Shown here one piece after another: positions 47,578 to 57,038 of a stretch of DNA of 64,000 bases. The notes beneath the pieces are model-generated. The model searched no databases. It saw only the letters and a program-made list of their open reading frames with translations, and was not told the DNA's origin. The stretch is from NCBI GenBank assembly GCA_045634085.1, contig JAZQZM010000015.1:235-64234 (forward strand). The letters run 5' to 3'. Source of the stretch: Bacteroidaceae bacterium (lineage in GTDB: Bacteria > Bacteroidota > Bacteroidia > Bacteroidales > Bacteroidaceae). A program made the translations under genes and the position numbers. The stretch's first letter is position 1. Each line of letters starts with the position of its first letter.

Positions 47578-48051
47578 ATGGAAAGAACACTTATTCTCGT
47601 GAAGCCTAATGCCATTCAGCGTGGTCTTATAGGCGACATCATTACTCGTTTTGAACGCAAGGGCCTGAGATTTGTAGGCATGAAGATGCTGTTTATGACC
47701 GATGAGATTGTAAACGAACACTATGCCCATCTCAAGGAACGCCCATTCTTCCCTTACCTTAAGGCATCGATGCAGGCTGCACCGATTATCGCCTGCTGTG
47801 TGGAGGGAGCTGAGGCTGTTGATACTGTACGTCTGCTTGTAGGCGCTACAAACTCACGCAAGGCACTTCCGGGTACCATACGTGGCGATTTCTCAATGAG
47901 TGGTGAGCAGAATGTTGTTCATGCGTCAGATTCTGTCGAGAATGCACTTATAGAGATAAACCGTTTCTTTGCTCCAGGCGAACTGTACGACTATGAGTCG
48001 GCTGTCACACAGTTTGAGTATGGTGGCGAGGAGAGCCTGAAATTCAAATAA
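47578..48051 (+). CDS. ndk: Nucleoside-diphosphate kinase
   Basis: It has ERTLILVKPNA, the GTIRGDF block and the active-site NVVHASDS. The start was trimmed from 47470. Confidence 0.93.
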   Translation: MERTLILVKPNAIQRGLIGDIITRFERKGLRFVGMKMLFMTDEIVNEHYAHLKERPFFPYLKASMQAAPIIACCVEGAEAVDTVRLLVGATNSRKALPGTIRGDFSMSGEQNVVHASDSVENALIEINRFFAPGELYDYESAVTQFEYGGEESLKFK

Positions 48052-48055
48052 TAAA

Positions 48056-48919
48056 GTGAAGTTTATAAAGTCAATACTTTTTGCTGCGCTGTTTGTCGTT
48101 CCCTGCATTGGGGCAAGTGCGCAGGATATGCTTGTTGATGAGGTTGTAGTAGGCAAGCAGATGGACAGAGTCGATTCAATGGCATTGCACAATATGCTGT
48201 TGAACGAGTCGTTCGTCGTGCCCTCAATGGACATGTATCCCAAGTGGGAGAATACCGGTGTGCACTTTACAGCAACACTCCCCGATTCTTTCAAGATAGA
48301 CCTTACAGGCTATGTGATGCCTACTACAAACCGCAAGATTACCGATATCTTCGGATACCGTCCGCGTCGCAGACGCGTACATAACGGTCTTGACATCAAG
48401 GTAGCAAAGGGTGATACTATCTATGCTGCATTTGACGGTAAGGTACGTATTACAGCCTACCAGCGTCGCGGTTATGGACACTATGTGGTAGTACGCCATA
48501 ATAACGGCATAGAGACGCTGTATGCGCATCTGTCAAAGAAGCTTGTGATTGAGAACCAGAATGTAAAGGCCGGTGAGCCCATAGGTCTTGGCGGCAATAC
48601 AGGTCGTTCAACAGGTGCCCATCTCCATTTTGAGACCATACTGCTTGGAAAATGTCTTGACCCGGCCTTGCTATTCGATTTCAATAATCAGAGAACCACA
48701 GGCGAGAGCTACGTCTACCGTCGTCCCGGTTCAAAGTATGTCGAGAACGGAAAGGAGAAAGTTGCCGGTCCCGAGCCCAAGTATCACAAGGTAAAGCAGG
48801 GCGATACCATTGAGAGGATTGCCCGCAAGCATGGAGTTCCGCAGCGTACTATACTGAAACTCAATGGTCTGAAGGCCAATTCCATTATACGCCCCGGACA
48901 GAGGCTGAGATATCAATAG
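48056..48919 (+). CDS. M23-family metallopeptidase with a C-terminal LysM domain
   Basis: It has a signal peptide, HNGLDI (HxxxD), GNTGRSTGAHLHFE (HxH), and a LysM block (YHKVKQGDTIERIARKHGVPQRTILKLNGL). The start codon is GTG. Confidence 0.88.
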   Translation: MKFIKSILFAALFVVPCIGASAQDMLVDEVVVGKQMDRVDSMALHNMLLNESFVVPSMDMYPKWENTGVHFTATLPDSFKIDLTGYVMPTTNRKITDIFGYRPRRRRVHNGLDIKVAKGDTIYAAFDGKVRITAYQRRGYGHYVVVRHNNGIETLYAHLSKKLVIENQNVKAGEPIGLGGNTGRSTGAHLHFETILLGKCLDPALLFDFNNQRTTGESYVYRRPGSKYVENGKEKVAGPEPKYHKVKQGDTIERIARKHGVPQRTILKLNGLKANSIIRPGQRLRYQ

Positions 48920-48945
48920 GGCCATTTTCTCACGACATATTGCAT

Positions 48946-48978
48946 AAAAAAATCACTCCCGCCGGGAGTGATTTTTTT
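48946..48978. terminator. Bidirectional Rho-independent terminator
   Basis: AAAAAAA-TCACTCCC-GCC-GGGAGTGA-TTTTTTT lies between convergent genes. Confidence 0.85.
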
Positions 48979-48999
48979 ATGTCTGCACAGTATCGCGCA

Positions 49000-49644
49000 T
49001 TAGAAGATGTACGCTACTGATACCTGCCAGGTGTTTGTCCTTGACTTTACGATGTTGTTGTATGCATTGACTGTAGCATCCCATTCATTGCTGTAGTCAC
49101 TTGTGCTGCCAAGTGCAAGGTTGTAGTTTGCATGAACCTGTACATGGTCGAGCAGTATGACGCCGGCACCAAGGTTGAGGCTCAGGTTGCTGCTGCGAAG
49201 GGTGTATTCTGTAGGATATACACCACCCGCCGCGTTCAATGCGTCCACAACGAAGTTTCTGTCGCCGACGTTCCAGCTCCACTGCGGGCCGGCTGCCACG
49301 AACGGCTCGACGAACTTGTTGATAGCGGGGATAGAAATCTCATAGCGCAAGTATACTGGCAGGTCAATGCACTGTCTCTTGATGTTCTCTTCACCCACCT
49401 TTGTGCTTGTCTGTGAATAGAGCAGGTTTGCCTCAATGCCAAGGCCAACTATTGGCAATGTTACCTTTGCCATTGGACCCACGAACCAGCCAGTCTCGCC
49501 CTTTGCTGCCGCTTTCAGATCGCTAAGGTTAGTAGGTGTCTCTGCAAAGTTCGCACCGGCCTTGATACCCCAGTTGAACTGTGCAGCAGCCGGGATTGCT
49601 GTAAAGAGGGCAAGCGTCAATAGAATTCCAAAAAACTTTTTCAT
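49000..49644 (-). CDS. Small outer-membrane beta-barrel protein (OMP_b-brl_2 / PorT-like class)
   Basis: It has a signal peptide (MKKFFGILLTLALFTAIPAAAQ), alternating beta strands, and ends ...WQVSVAYIF. The start was trimmed from 49713. Confidence 0.6.
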   Translation of the reverse strand: MKKFFGILLTLALFTAIPAAAQFNWGIKAGANFAETPTNLSDLKAAAKGETGWFVGPMAKVTLPIVGLGIEANLLYSQTSTKVGEENIKRQCIDLPVYLRYEISIPAINKFVEPFVAAGPQWSWNVGDRNFVVDALNAAGGVYPTEYTLRSSNLSLNLGAGVILLDHVQVHANYNLALGSTSDYSNEWDATVNAYNNIVKSRTNTWQVSVAYIF

Positions 49645-49672
49645 GTTCTTTATCCTTTTAATAATTAAACAA

Positions 49673-49710
49673 AAACAGCATTGTGTGCCATAGGTACTAC
49701 AATGCTGTTT
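49673..49710 (-). terminator. Hairpin between gldN and the downstream beta-barrel gene (possible terminator or attenuator)
   Basis: A 12-bp stem AAACAGCATTGT / ACAATGCTGTTT encloses a 14-nt loop. The U tract is weak. Confidence 0.35.
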
Positions 49711-49778
49711 CAATACCTATTTTATGTCACAAAAAAACGATAAAATAAGTAAAAAAACAAAAAAAACGTGGAAAATAT

Positions 49779-50876
49779 TTATCGGCGTGTACGGCGTACC
49801 GAAACTTTTGCCGAACCACCGGTAGCCTTGGGCTCGCTTTGTTTCTTCTGTTTTGTCTCTTTCTTTGCCTGGGTCTGTTTCTCCTTGTTAGTGCGGCGTG
49901 TTGTCTTTTTTGCCTTCTTGCCGGGGTTCTCAGCTGCTGCAATAGAGTCGTTTGCCGCTTCAATGGCTGCGTTTATTGAATCCTGACGAATCTCTGCCAC
50001 AGTCTTGGTATTCCACAGGTTGGTGCGGAAGTCGGTAAGTTGCTGCTCAATCTTCTGCTGCTCCTTCTTAACAGATACAGAGTCCTTGCAGTATTGTGAT
50101 ATGGCAAGATTTCTCAGGTTCACGGTCTTGTATATCTCGCCTTCATATGCACCCTTTGTGAAGTAGTCATCGAGTGACATTGACGCAGCGTTGTTGAGAC
50201 TGCTTGCCATAACGCTTTGCTGTGCGAGCATGGGGGCTATCTCGTCGTAATTGACCCAGAACATAGGGTATTTTGTCGCTTCGTATGCAAACTCGTCACT
50301 GCGGTGCAGTACGGGACATATGGCTGTGACGCGTGTACCGTATGTACCGGTCTTGCTGTCGTAGTAATGGCTCTCCTTGACATAGTAGCTCAGGACCTCG
50401 GCACTCGGTATGTCACTCTTGCCCACAGTTATGGCTCCGTCTTTCTCCTCGTAGTAGATGCGGTAGTCCTCAAGCAGGTTCTTGGGGGATATTATGCTCT
50501 CCTCGGTGAATGACTCGTAACCGTCAAGATTATAAGTGTAGGCTGTAATCTTGCCGCTTATGATGTTGTTGAAGAGGAATGTGAAGAGGTTCATGCTGTT
50601 ACCGGTCTGCTCCACAGGGTAGTAGAGTGATGCGTTCTTCTCCTGCTGGAGGTCAAGAATACGGTATACATCACGTTTCCATTCAACCTCTTGGGGAACA
50701 ACCATACCAGGGTACTGGCTCTTTGCCCTCTGGGTAAGCGTGCTGTTTGTTGTATTACCCTTCGCTTTGCTCTCTTTCTTTGCATTGTCCTTCTGACGTG
50801 CCGGCGGCTGTGCGTCGGCTGCATGCACGGCAAGCAGGAGTGATGCAATGACTAATAGTCGGCTTATGTATTGCAT
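49779..50876 (-). CDS. gldN: T9SS periplasmic ring protein GldN/PorN, with a Lys/Arg-rich C-terminal tail
   Basis: It has a signal peptide and the WKRDVYRILDL...LYYP block typical of GldN. It sits last in the gldKLMN order. Confidence 0.85.
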   Translation of the reverse strand: MQYISRLLVIASLLLAVHAADAQPPARQKDNAKKESKAKGNTTNSTLTQRAKSQYPGMVVPQEVEWKRDVYRILDLQQEKNASLYYPVEQTGNSMNLFTFLFNNIISGKITAYTYNLDGYESFTEESIISPKNLLEDYRIYYEEKDGAITVGKSDIPSAEVLSYYVKESHYYDSKTGTYGTRVTAICPVLHRSDEFAYEATKYPMFWVNYDEIAPMLAQQSVMASSLNNAASMSLDDYFTKGAYEGEIYKTVNLRNLAISQYCKDSVSVKKEQQKIEQQLTDFRTNLWNTKTVAEIRQDSINAAIEAANDSIAAAENPGKKAKKTTRRTNKEKQTQAKKETKQKKQSEPKATGGSAKVSVRRTRR

Positions 50877-50897
50877 AATCGTATTGTTTGTTCGTTC

Positions 50898-52475
50898 TTA
50901 TTGTATGATTACTTCAAGTGATGTCGGCAGCAGACGTTCTACGCCATCGGGGCCAACAGCCTTCACGTGTGATATGTAGAAACGCTTGCCACGGCTCAGG
51001 TCGCGCATCATCTCCTTCTGGCGTGAAGAGAAGTTTGTGCCGTCCGAAACCATAGGTTTTGCATTGCCCATATTGTCGTAGAATACTGTCTCGAACGAGA
51101 GCACCTTGAACCCAATGTTCAGCAATCCGTCGTCGATGGCAGCCACTATTCCGTTCGAACTCATAAGAGCCTGCTTGCTGAGTCCCTTGCCACCGCGGTA
51201 GCGTTGTGTGTTGCCATCCTTGTCCTTGTATTCGATGAAAGGTGTGGGGTCGGGTAACTGGCGCACACGGAATGTGTATTCACCCATACTCTGGTTCTTG
51301 CCGGCTTCATTAAGTGCCGTTACACCAATGAGAATCTCCTCACCGACCTTTGTCGGTACTACGGTGTATCCTCCCTTACCGTCACTTTTTATGCTTCCGC
51401 TACCTTTTGATATGTTGGCCGAAATCTTGTTGGCGGGCACGCCCGGAACAGAGATGCTGACAGGGTTGGAGTAGCCTGCATAAAGCACGTTCATCATAGA
51501 GGCGCTTACTGTCGCTGTCGGGTCTACAACTGTGTAGTTCTGCTTGAAGTCATAGCGTGACTGTGAACCGGAGCCGTCGTTGACGAGCATGTAGCCGTTG
51601 AGGGTGTAGTCACCGGTCTTGTTGCACTGTATGCTGTACTCGCCATTCTCCGATTCAAGCATTTTGTCGCCGATGTATATCTGCGGGCGCTGTGTCGAGT
51701 CTACTGCGGCAAGGATAATCTGTGCCGAGAAGTTACCACCTCGGACGATATTCTTTGACGTAGGAATCACAAGAGCCTGAATCTGGTTCACGCGTACGTC
51801 ACCCAGGTCGATGTTCTTTGATAGTGTATGCAGAATCTCACCCTCGATGTAGCGTACATCGTTCTGTATCTTAGTAAGCAATGTAATGGCAGCAATGGCC
51901 GGCATGCTTTCAAAATGGTACTCCTGCCAGTTCTTGTGCAGAGCCTGGTCCCTTTGCGGTACATCTGTGCTCAGAGTCTTCTCTATAATTTCTTTTTGTC
52001 CGGGATTGTCAACCATCGAGAGTATCTTTTCGCGGTACTCCGATATGGTATTGTACAACTTCTCACCCTCGCCTGTACCGGGAGCAAGCATCACGTATGT
52101 TGCAGCCTCAAGGTCCTCGCGGTTTACCAGGTTCCTGTAGTCGCCGTCAGCACCGTCGGCTTTCTTTGCTATGCGGTCTTTCAGTTCGTCGGCATACTCA
52201 TAGATGGATGCTGTAATCTTCTTTACTTCCATTGCACGTTCGTACCACTCACGCACCTTTTCGGGGTTCTGCTCATAGTACAGTTCGAACGCGCTGTATA
52301 GCATGTTGTTCTGTTTTACCGTATTCTCGGTACTCTCTGAAAGGCTCTCGTCAACAAGCGTGAAACCGTTGAGTACGTCCGAAGATACGTTCAAGGCAAG
52401 CATCGCCATCAGAAGAACATACATGAGGTTAATCATCTTCTGACGTGGTGAGACTTTCTGTTTCTTGATTTTCAT
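50898..52475 (-). CDS. gldM: T9SS motor/stator-associated protein GldM/PorM
   Basis: It has the N-terminal PRQKMINLMYVLLMAMLALNVS TM block diagnostic of GldM. It is 525 aa. Confidence 0.9.
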   Translation of the reverse strand: MKIKKQKVSPRQKMINLMYVLLMAMLALNVSSDVLNGFTLVDESLSESTENTVKQNNMLYSAFELYYEQNPEKVREWYERAMEVKKITASIYEYADELKDRIAKKADGADGDYRNLVNREDLEAATYVMLAPGTGEGEKLYNTISEYREKILSMVDNPGQKEIIEKTLSTDVPQRDQALHKNWQEYHFESMPAIAAITLLTKIQNDVRYIEGEILHTLSKNIDLGDVRVNQIQALVIPTSKNIVRGGNFSAQIILAAVDSTQRPQIYIGDKMLESENGEYSIQCNKTGDYTLNGYMLVNDGSGSQSRYDFKQNYTVVDPTATVSASMMNVLYAGYSNPVSISVPGVPANKISANISKGSGSIKSDGKGGYTVVPTKVGEEILIGVTALNEAGKNQSMGEYTFRVRQLPDPTPFIEYKDKDGNTQRYRGGKGLSKQALMSSNGIVAAIDDGLLNIGFKVLSFETVFYDNMGNAKPMVSDGTNFSSRQKEMMRDLSRGKRFYISHVKAVGPDGVERLLPTSLEVIIQ

Positions 52476-52487
52476 CGCCTTTCTGTA

Positions 52488-53273
52488 TTAGATCTGTTGA
52501 CGGTTCGTGTTTGTTGTCATGGCCTCAATCATGCGGGTGTAGAGACTGTTCAGTTCCTCTACCTGCTGAGCCATCTTCTGTGTCTGCTCGTTTATCTGGT
52601 CAAGTGAGTTGAGCTGTCCGCTTGCATTGCGCAGCTGAATCTCGTATATTGCGTTCACGCCAGTGAGGTTGCGTCTCAGGGTCTCCATCTCCTCAAGATT
52701 CTCACCAAGCGCCTCGGTCTGTTTCGAAATCTGTGCAATAGCCTCGTTCAGTGTGCGTACCTGCTCAATGTATTCTTCGGTAACCTTGTCCATGTTGCTT
52801 ACATTCTCAGCATTTGCAACCGGGAACTGCTGTGGAACTGTACCCTCAAATGCAGGCTGTACAACAGTGGTGCCTGTCTGTACAGGAGCCACGTTCACGT
52901 TCTCGCCACAGTCGGCAGTCTGGCTGCCTGCTACTGCGCCGCCGGCAACAATAGGACCGTTGATGATTATTGGCTGTCCACCGGCAGTCTGTGCGTATGC
53001 TCCCGTTACGTTATTTGCCTCACTCTCTTCCTCAGCAACTTCGTAAGGACGTTCAAATGCCGAGAAGAAGAACACTAGTACCTCGGTACCCATACCCACA
53101 AAAAGCATGAGGTTGGCTCCTGCCAAGTGGGTTAGTTTGAATAGTGTACCAAGAATCACAATGGCCGCACCCCAACTGTATGCATAGTTCAGAATGGTCT
53201 TGCCACGCGGAGTGTCCATAAAATCCTGTATCTTGCTGATAATGCCTTTAGACTTTTTCATATGCTGTTTCAT
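52488..53273 (-). CDS. gldL: T9SS motor protein GldL/PorL
   Basis: It has two N-terminal TM helices (YSWGAAIVILGTLFKLTHL, GMGTEVLVFFFSAFE) and a cytoplasmic coiled tail. Confidence 0.88.
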   Translation of the reverse strand: MKQHMKKSKGIISKIQDFMDTPRGKTILNYAYSWGAAIVILGTLFKLTHLAGANLMLFVGMGTEVLVFFFSAFERPYEVAEEESEANNVTGAYAQTAGGQPIIINGPIVAGGAVAGSQTADCGENVNVAPVQTGTTVVQPAFEGTVPQQFPVANAENVSNMDKVTEEYIEQVRTLNEAIAQISKQTEALGENLEEMETLRRNLTGVNAIYEIQLRNASGQLNSLDQINEQTQKMAQQVEELNSLYTRMIEAMTTNTNRQQI

Positions 53274-53299
53274 TCTTTATTGTCCTTTGTTTGGTTCGG

Positions 53300-54733
53300 T
53301 TATCTCTTGCGGTCGGTTCCTGCATAGCTGCGTACACAGCGGAAACCAATGTATGAACGTGACTCGTTCTGGTACTCCGAAGTTCTTGTAGCGCCCTGGA
53401 TGAACTTGACGGGGTCCTTCCATGAACCTCCACGAACGGTCTTCTTCTTCATATAATAGGGGTCCTCTTTTGCTGCGCGGTAACGTAGGTCGGGATTGAT
53501 GTCACTCATCTGCAGCACGCCGGCGTCAGTGTATACTGTCGATGTCCACTCGGCAACGTTGCCGGCCATGTCGTAGAGACCGTTTGAGTTTGCCGAGAAT
53601 ATTCCGCAACGCGATGTTATGAGGCTACCGTCCTTGGTGTAATTGCCTTCTCCCGGCTTGTAGTTAGCGTAGTAGCATCCCTGGTCACTCTTGGTGTCCT
53701 CCTGTTCCCATGGGAAACGGTTACCCTCCTTGCCGCGTGCAGCGTACTCCCACTCGACTTCCGATGGCAGACGGTAACGCTGTATCCATTTGGCCTGTGC
53801 TCCCATGCCCTTGAGCAGATACTCAGTACGCCATGCGCAGAAAGCATTGGCCTGCTCCCAGCTTACGCCCACAACAGGGTAGTTGTCATAGTTGGGGTGG
53901 CTGAAGTAGAGCTGTAGGTATGTCTCGTTATTCGCATTGGGGAAATCATTTACCCAGCATGTAGTGTCGGGGTAGATGTTCACGATATAAGTGTTGAGGA
54001 AATCGTAAGGACTTGAGAGTGCGCGGTTGATAGTCTCTCTTACAATGTTGCCCTCGTCATCAATATATGCTGTGTCCTTTGAGATTGTGATGACCTCGTC
54101 ATAGTTTACAGGAATGTCGGTATTGCGGTTGCGTTCCTCCGGTTTCAGACGGTTCTTGCGCAATGCAGCCTGAGTGTGGTCATAGATTTCGTAGCGGTAG
54201 TTCATCTGCGCCGCGTCAAGCATTTTTTCGCCTGTAATGGGGTTGACGATGTATACACTCTCAATAGCACGCTGCTCATCCTCTGAAGGCTTTTTCCAGG
54301 GGATGGGCTTCTTCCAGTTGAGGTATGGAGTGATGGGCTCGCCATACTCGTCTTCGGTTATCTTGAATGTCTCGTCGCCGCCATATGCAGGGTCGGCGAG
54401 GCGTTCGCGGATAATGGAGTCGCGTACCCAGAATACAAATTGACGGTACTTGGCATTGGAAACCTCGGTCTCGTCCATCCAGAATGCATCTACCGAGATG
54501 TCCTTTGCAGGAGCACCGGTGCCCCAAAGCGAGTCACTCTTCTCGTCGCCCACCTTTATTGAGCCTCTTGGGATGAATACCATTCCGTAAGGATTAGGTT
54601 CGTTCACGGCAGTACCGCTTATTCCGGTAACTTCGCCGCCTTGCGAACTGCTCATTCCTGTGCGCGGGCTCAGACATGATGCCGCGGCGAATGAGAGAAG
54701 AACCATTGAGAAAAAGACTATTTTCTTCATCAT
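53300..54733 (-). CDS. gldK: T9SS lipoprotein GldK/PorK (FGE-sulfatase/SUMF1 fold)
   Basis: It has a lipoprotein signal (SFAAASC), MVFIPRGS, WMDETEVSN and RGGSWKD...IGFRCV blocks. Confidence 0.9.
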   Translation of the reverse strand: MMKKIVFFSMVLLSFAAASCLSPRTGMSSSQGGEVTGISGTAVNEPNPYGMVFIPRGSIKVGDEKSDSLWGTGAPAKDISVDAFWMDETEVSNAKYRQFVFWVRDSIIRERLADPAYGGDETFKITEDEYGEPITPYLNWKKPIPWKKPSEDEQRAIESVYIVNPITGEKMLDAAQMNYRYEIYDHTQAALRKNRLKPEERNRNTDIPVNYDEVITISKDTAYIDDEGNIVRETINRALSSPYDFLNTYIVNIYPDTTCWVNDFPNANNETYLQLYFSHPNYDNYPVVGVSWEQANAFCAWRTEYLLKGMGAQAKWIQRYRLPSEVEWEYAARGKEGNRFPWEQEDTKSDQGCYYANYKPGEGNYTKDGSLITSRCGIFSANSNGLYDMAGNVAEWTSTVYTDAGVLQMSDINPDLRYRAAKEDPYYMKKKTVRGGSWKDPVKFIQGATRTSEYQNESRSYIGFRCVRSYAGTDRKR

Positions 54734-55671
54734 TGCAATATTCTTATACTGTTATGTTTATTCTTTTCTTTCTTGAAAATGTCAAGGTTAATCTGGTATC
54801 CCAGAAAAATGTCGTGGCTGCCGTTGGCTGCTCCGATGCCCGATGTGAACAGTTCGTATCCGTAGCTTGCCGTTATGTTCATCATCTCCATGCCCACAAA
54901 GAAGGTTACAGATACGTCCGGACTGTATGTGAGGCCGCCAAAGAATTGCTTGTTGTCATAGTCATATGTTCCTCGGGCCGTTATGTCGGCACGCCACGAT
55001 ACAAAATCAGTCATCACCTGCAATGAGGGCTGTACTGATATTAACGTATTTTTTATCGGTATATTGCCTCCGGCAGTGAAATTAAAGTATTGTGATATCT
55101 CAACCTCGTTCTTTTCGCCCAGAAGTATGGTGGGCGCATTAAGGTGGAGACCCGATACTCCTGCGTAGAAATATTTGTGCTGGTAGAGTATTCCTGCGCC
55201 GAAATCGAACGAGTTGCCGTTGGCATTGCCACTGGGGAACGCCGGGTCGTTGCTGTCGCCTCCGAACTCTATGCCCTTGCTGTCGAATGCACTGTTGAGT
55301 ATGCCTATCTGCGCTCCTGCCGCCAGTCTGCCGCCGAACAACTTGAAACCGTAGGCATAGTTGAGGTAGATGTGCTGGTTGGTGAACATACCTATGTCGT
55401 CGTTCAATGCGCCAAGTCCAAGGTTGTGGTCGCCGCGCACAAATGGTATTGGCGCGTCAATGTTCAGGAGCATGCTCTTTGGGTTGTTCTCAAACCCCGA
55501 TAGCTGGTTGCTGTAGGCGGCGTATGCAAACATCTTCTGTTCGGCACCAGCACCTGCCGGGTTGTAGAAGTTGAGCATCTTCCAGTAGTGTGTGAAGTGC
55601 ACGTCATATTGCGCGCGTACGGTTGTGAACGCGCCGATGGTCATCGTGAGTATGAACAGCCACTTCTTCAT
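54730..55671 (-). CDS. porP: T9SS outer-membrane protein, PorP/SprF family
   Basis: After the signal peptide it has the QYDVHFTHYW..LNFYNPAGAG block. It is a beta-barrel and lies directly upstream of gldK. Confidence 0.85.
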   Translation of the reverse strand: MKKWLFILTMTIGAFTTVRAQYDVHFTHYWKMLNFYNPAGAGAEQKMFAYAAYSNQLSGFENNPKSMLLNIDAPIPFVRGDHNLGLGALNDDIGMFTNQHIYLNYAYGFKLFGGRLAAGAQIGILNSAFDSKGIEFGGDSNDPAFPSGNANGNSFDFGAGILYQHKYFYAGVSGLHLNAPTILLGEKNEVEISQYFNFTAGGNIPIKNTLISVQPSLQVMTDFVSWRADITARGTYDYDNKQFFGGLTYSPDVSVTFFVGMEMMNITASYGYELFTSGIGAANGSHDIFLGYQINLDIFKKEKNKHNSIRILQ

Positions 55672-55825
55672 TTTGCTTGAATCACCTGTTTACTAACGCA
55701 AAAAATGCCTGTATATTATAACATTGCATTGCATTAGATATATACGCCCGGTAAAATTATACAAAATTGCATCAAATTTTGAAAAAAAACAATACCGCCA
55801 GTCACTTGGCGGTAGTAAGTAGGAT

Positions 55826-55861
55826 AAAAAACGTGGCAAACGGTTGTTTTGCCACGTTTTT
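55826..55861 (-). terminator. Rho-independent terminator downstream of the T9SS-cargo operon
   Basis: AAAAACGTGGCAAA / TTTGCCACGTTTTT forms a hairpin with a 7-nt loop. Confidence 0.75.
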
Positions 55862-56002
55862 ATGTGATAATGCTGTCGGCTCAATTACTTTACATGTGTC
55901 TTTTTGCCAGTTGGCTCGCTTTTTTACCAGCGCCCCGCGGCGCGCAACCTGTGCCTGCGCTACCCGCGACTATCCGCTAAAAAGCTCACCGATAGCAAAA
56001 AA

Positions 56003-57010
56003 TTACTTTAGAAGTGTCTTTTTGCCATTTACAATGTAGATGCCTGCTGCAGTGACAGTCTCAATGCGGCGGCCTGTAATGTCGTATATTACGTCAGTGC
56101 CGTTCTCTGCTGTGATGCCTTCGATGCCTGCAAGGTCTTCCTGGCCGAACTTTACGTTGATTGTCTGGCCCAGCATTGCAGTCATGTCAATGTCGATGTT
56201 GCAGTAGAGCTTGTACTCGGTCATCTTGCCTGTCATGTCAACAGGAACATCGCCGAGCATTGGACCAAGCCACTCTTCTGCTTCAATGCTGCCCTCTGTG
56301 ATGACAATGTCCTGCTTTGTGGCGAAATTCTGTACACCGTCAACGTTCTCTGTTGCAATATTGTGGAGTACAATGTTTCCTACAGAAATGACATCTTCTT
56401 CATTGGCAAGCATGAAGTTGTTGAGTGAGAGTGTGTATGTGCCGTCAATCTTCTCGTCTACATTGATGGTTGCGCGCTGCTGGGTAGACATTCCGTTGAT
56501 TGTGACAACAAGGTCATCCTCATAGCTGCGGGCAACCTTTATGTCCTTGCCGAACTCAACATCGATAACCTGTCCAAGAGCTTCGGTAAGGTCAATGTTG
56601 ATTGTGCAGTAGAGTGAACCGTCGGTCATCTTGCCCTTGAGGTCAATTGTGATCTCAGTAAGCATGTCGGCGAGCCAGAAACTTGATTCTTCAGAGTCTC
56701 CTGCTGTGAGGGGCACAGTCTGCTTGCTTGCGAAATTGTCAATGCCATCGGCTGTCTGGTAGCTGATGCCTGGAACAACGATGTTGCCTACGGGTATTGC
56801 ATCCTCGCCCGAAACCATAATGAAGTTCAGCAATGACAAAGTGTATGTGCCGTCGGTCTTTGGCTCAACGTTGATTGTTGTCTGCATCGGGTCGCTTACA
56901 ACATCATTGATTGTAACGACCAGTTCATCGGTGTAAGTCTTTGTCTGTGCGGTTGCAAACATTGCTGTGAGTGCAACTGCCATTGAGAGTAAAAATTTCT
57001 TCATAAGCAA
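56003..57010 (-). CDS. T9SS cargo protein: two tandem calycin-like beta-barrel domains plus a C-terminal sorting domain
   Basis: After the signal peptide there are two ~140-aa repeats (DELVVTIN...DGTYTLSLLNF...VGNIV...GKMT...LYC.I.ID). The C-terminus VIYDITGRRIETVTAAGIYIVNGKKTLLK is CTD-like. Confidence 0.65.
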   Translation of the reverse strand: MLMKKFLLSMAVALTAMFATAQTKTYTDELVVTINDVVSDPMQTTINVEPKTDGTYTLSLLNFIMVSGEDAIPVGNIVVPGISYQTADGIDNFASKQTVPLTAGDSEESSFWLADMLTEITIDLKGKMTDGSLYCTINIDLTEALGQVIDVEFGKDIKVARSYEDDLVVTINGMSTQQRATINVDEKIDGTYTLSLNNFMLANEEDVISVGNIVLHNIATENVDGVQNFATKQDIVITEGSIEAEEWLGPMLGDVPVDMTGKMTEYKLYCNIDIDMTAMLGQTINVKFGQEDLAGIEGITAENGTDVIYDITGRRIETVTAAGIYIVNGKKTLLK

Positions 57011-57038
57011 TAATTTTATGTTTGTTTCAGTTTTCTAT

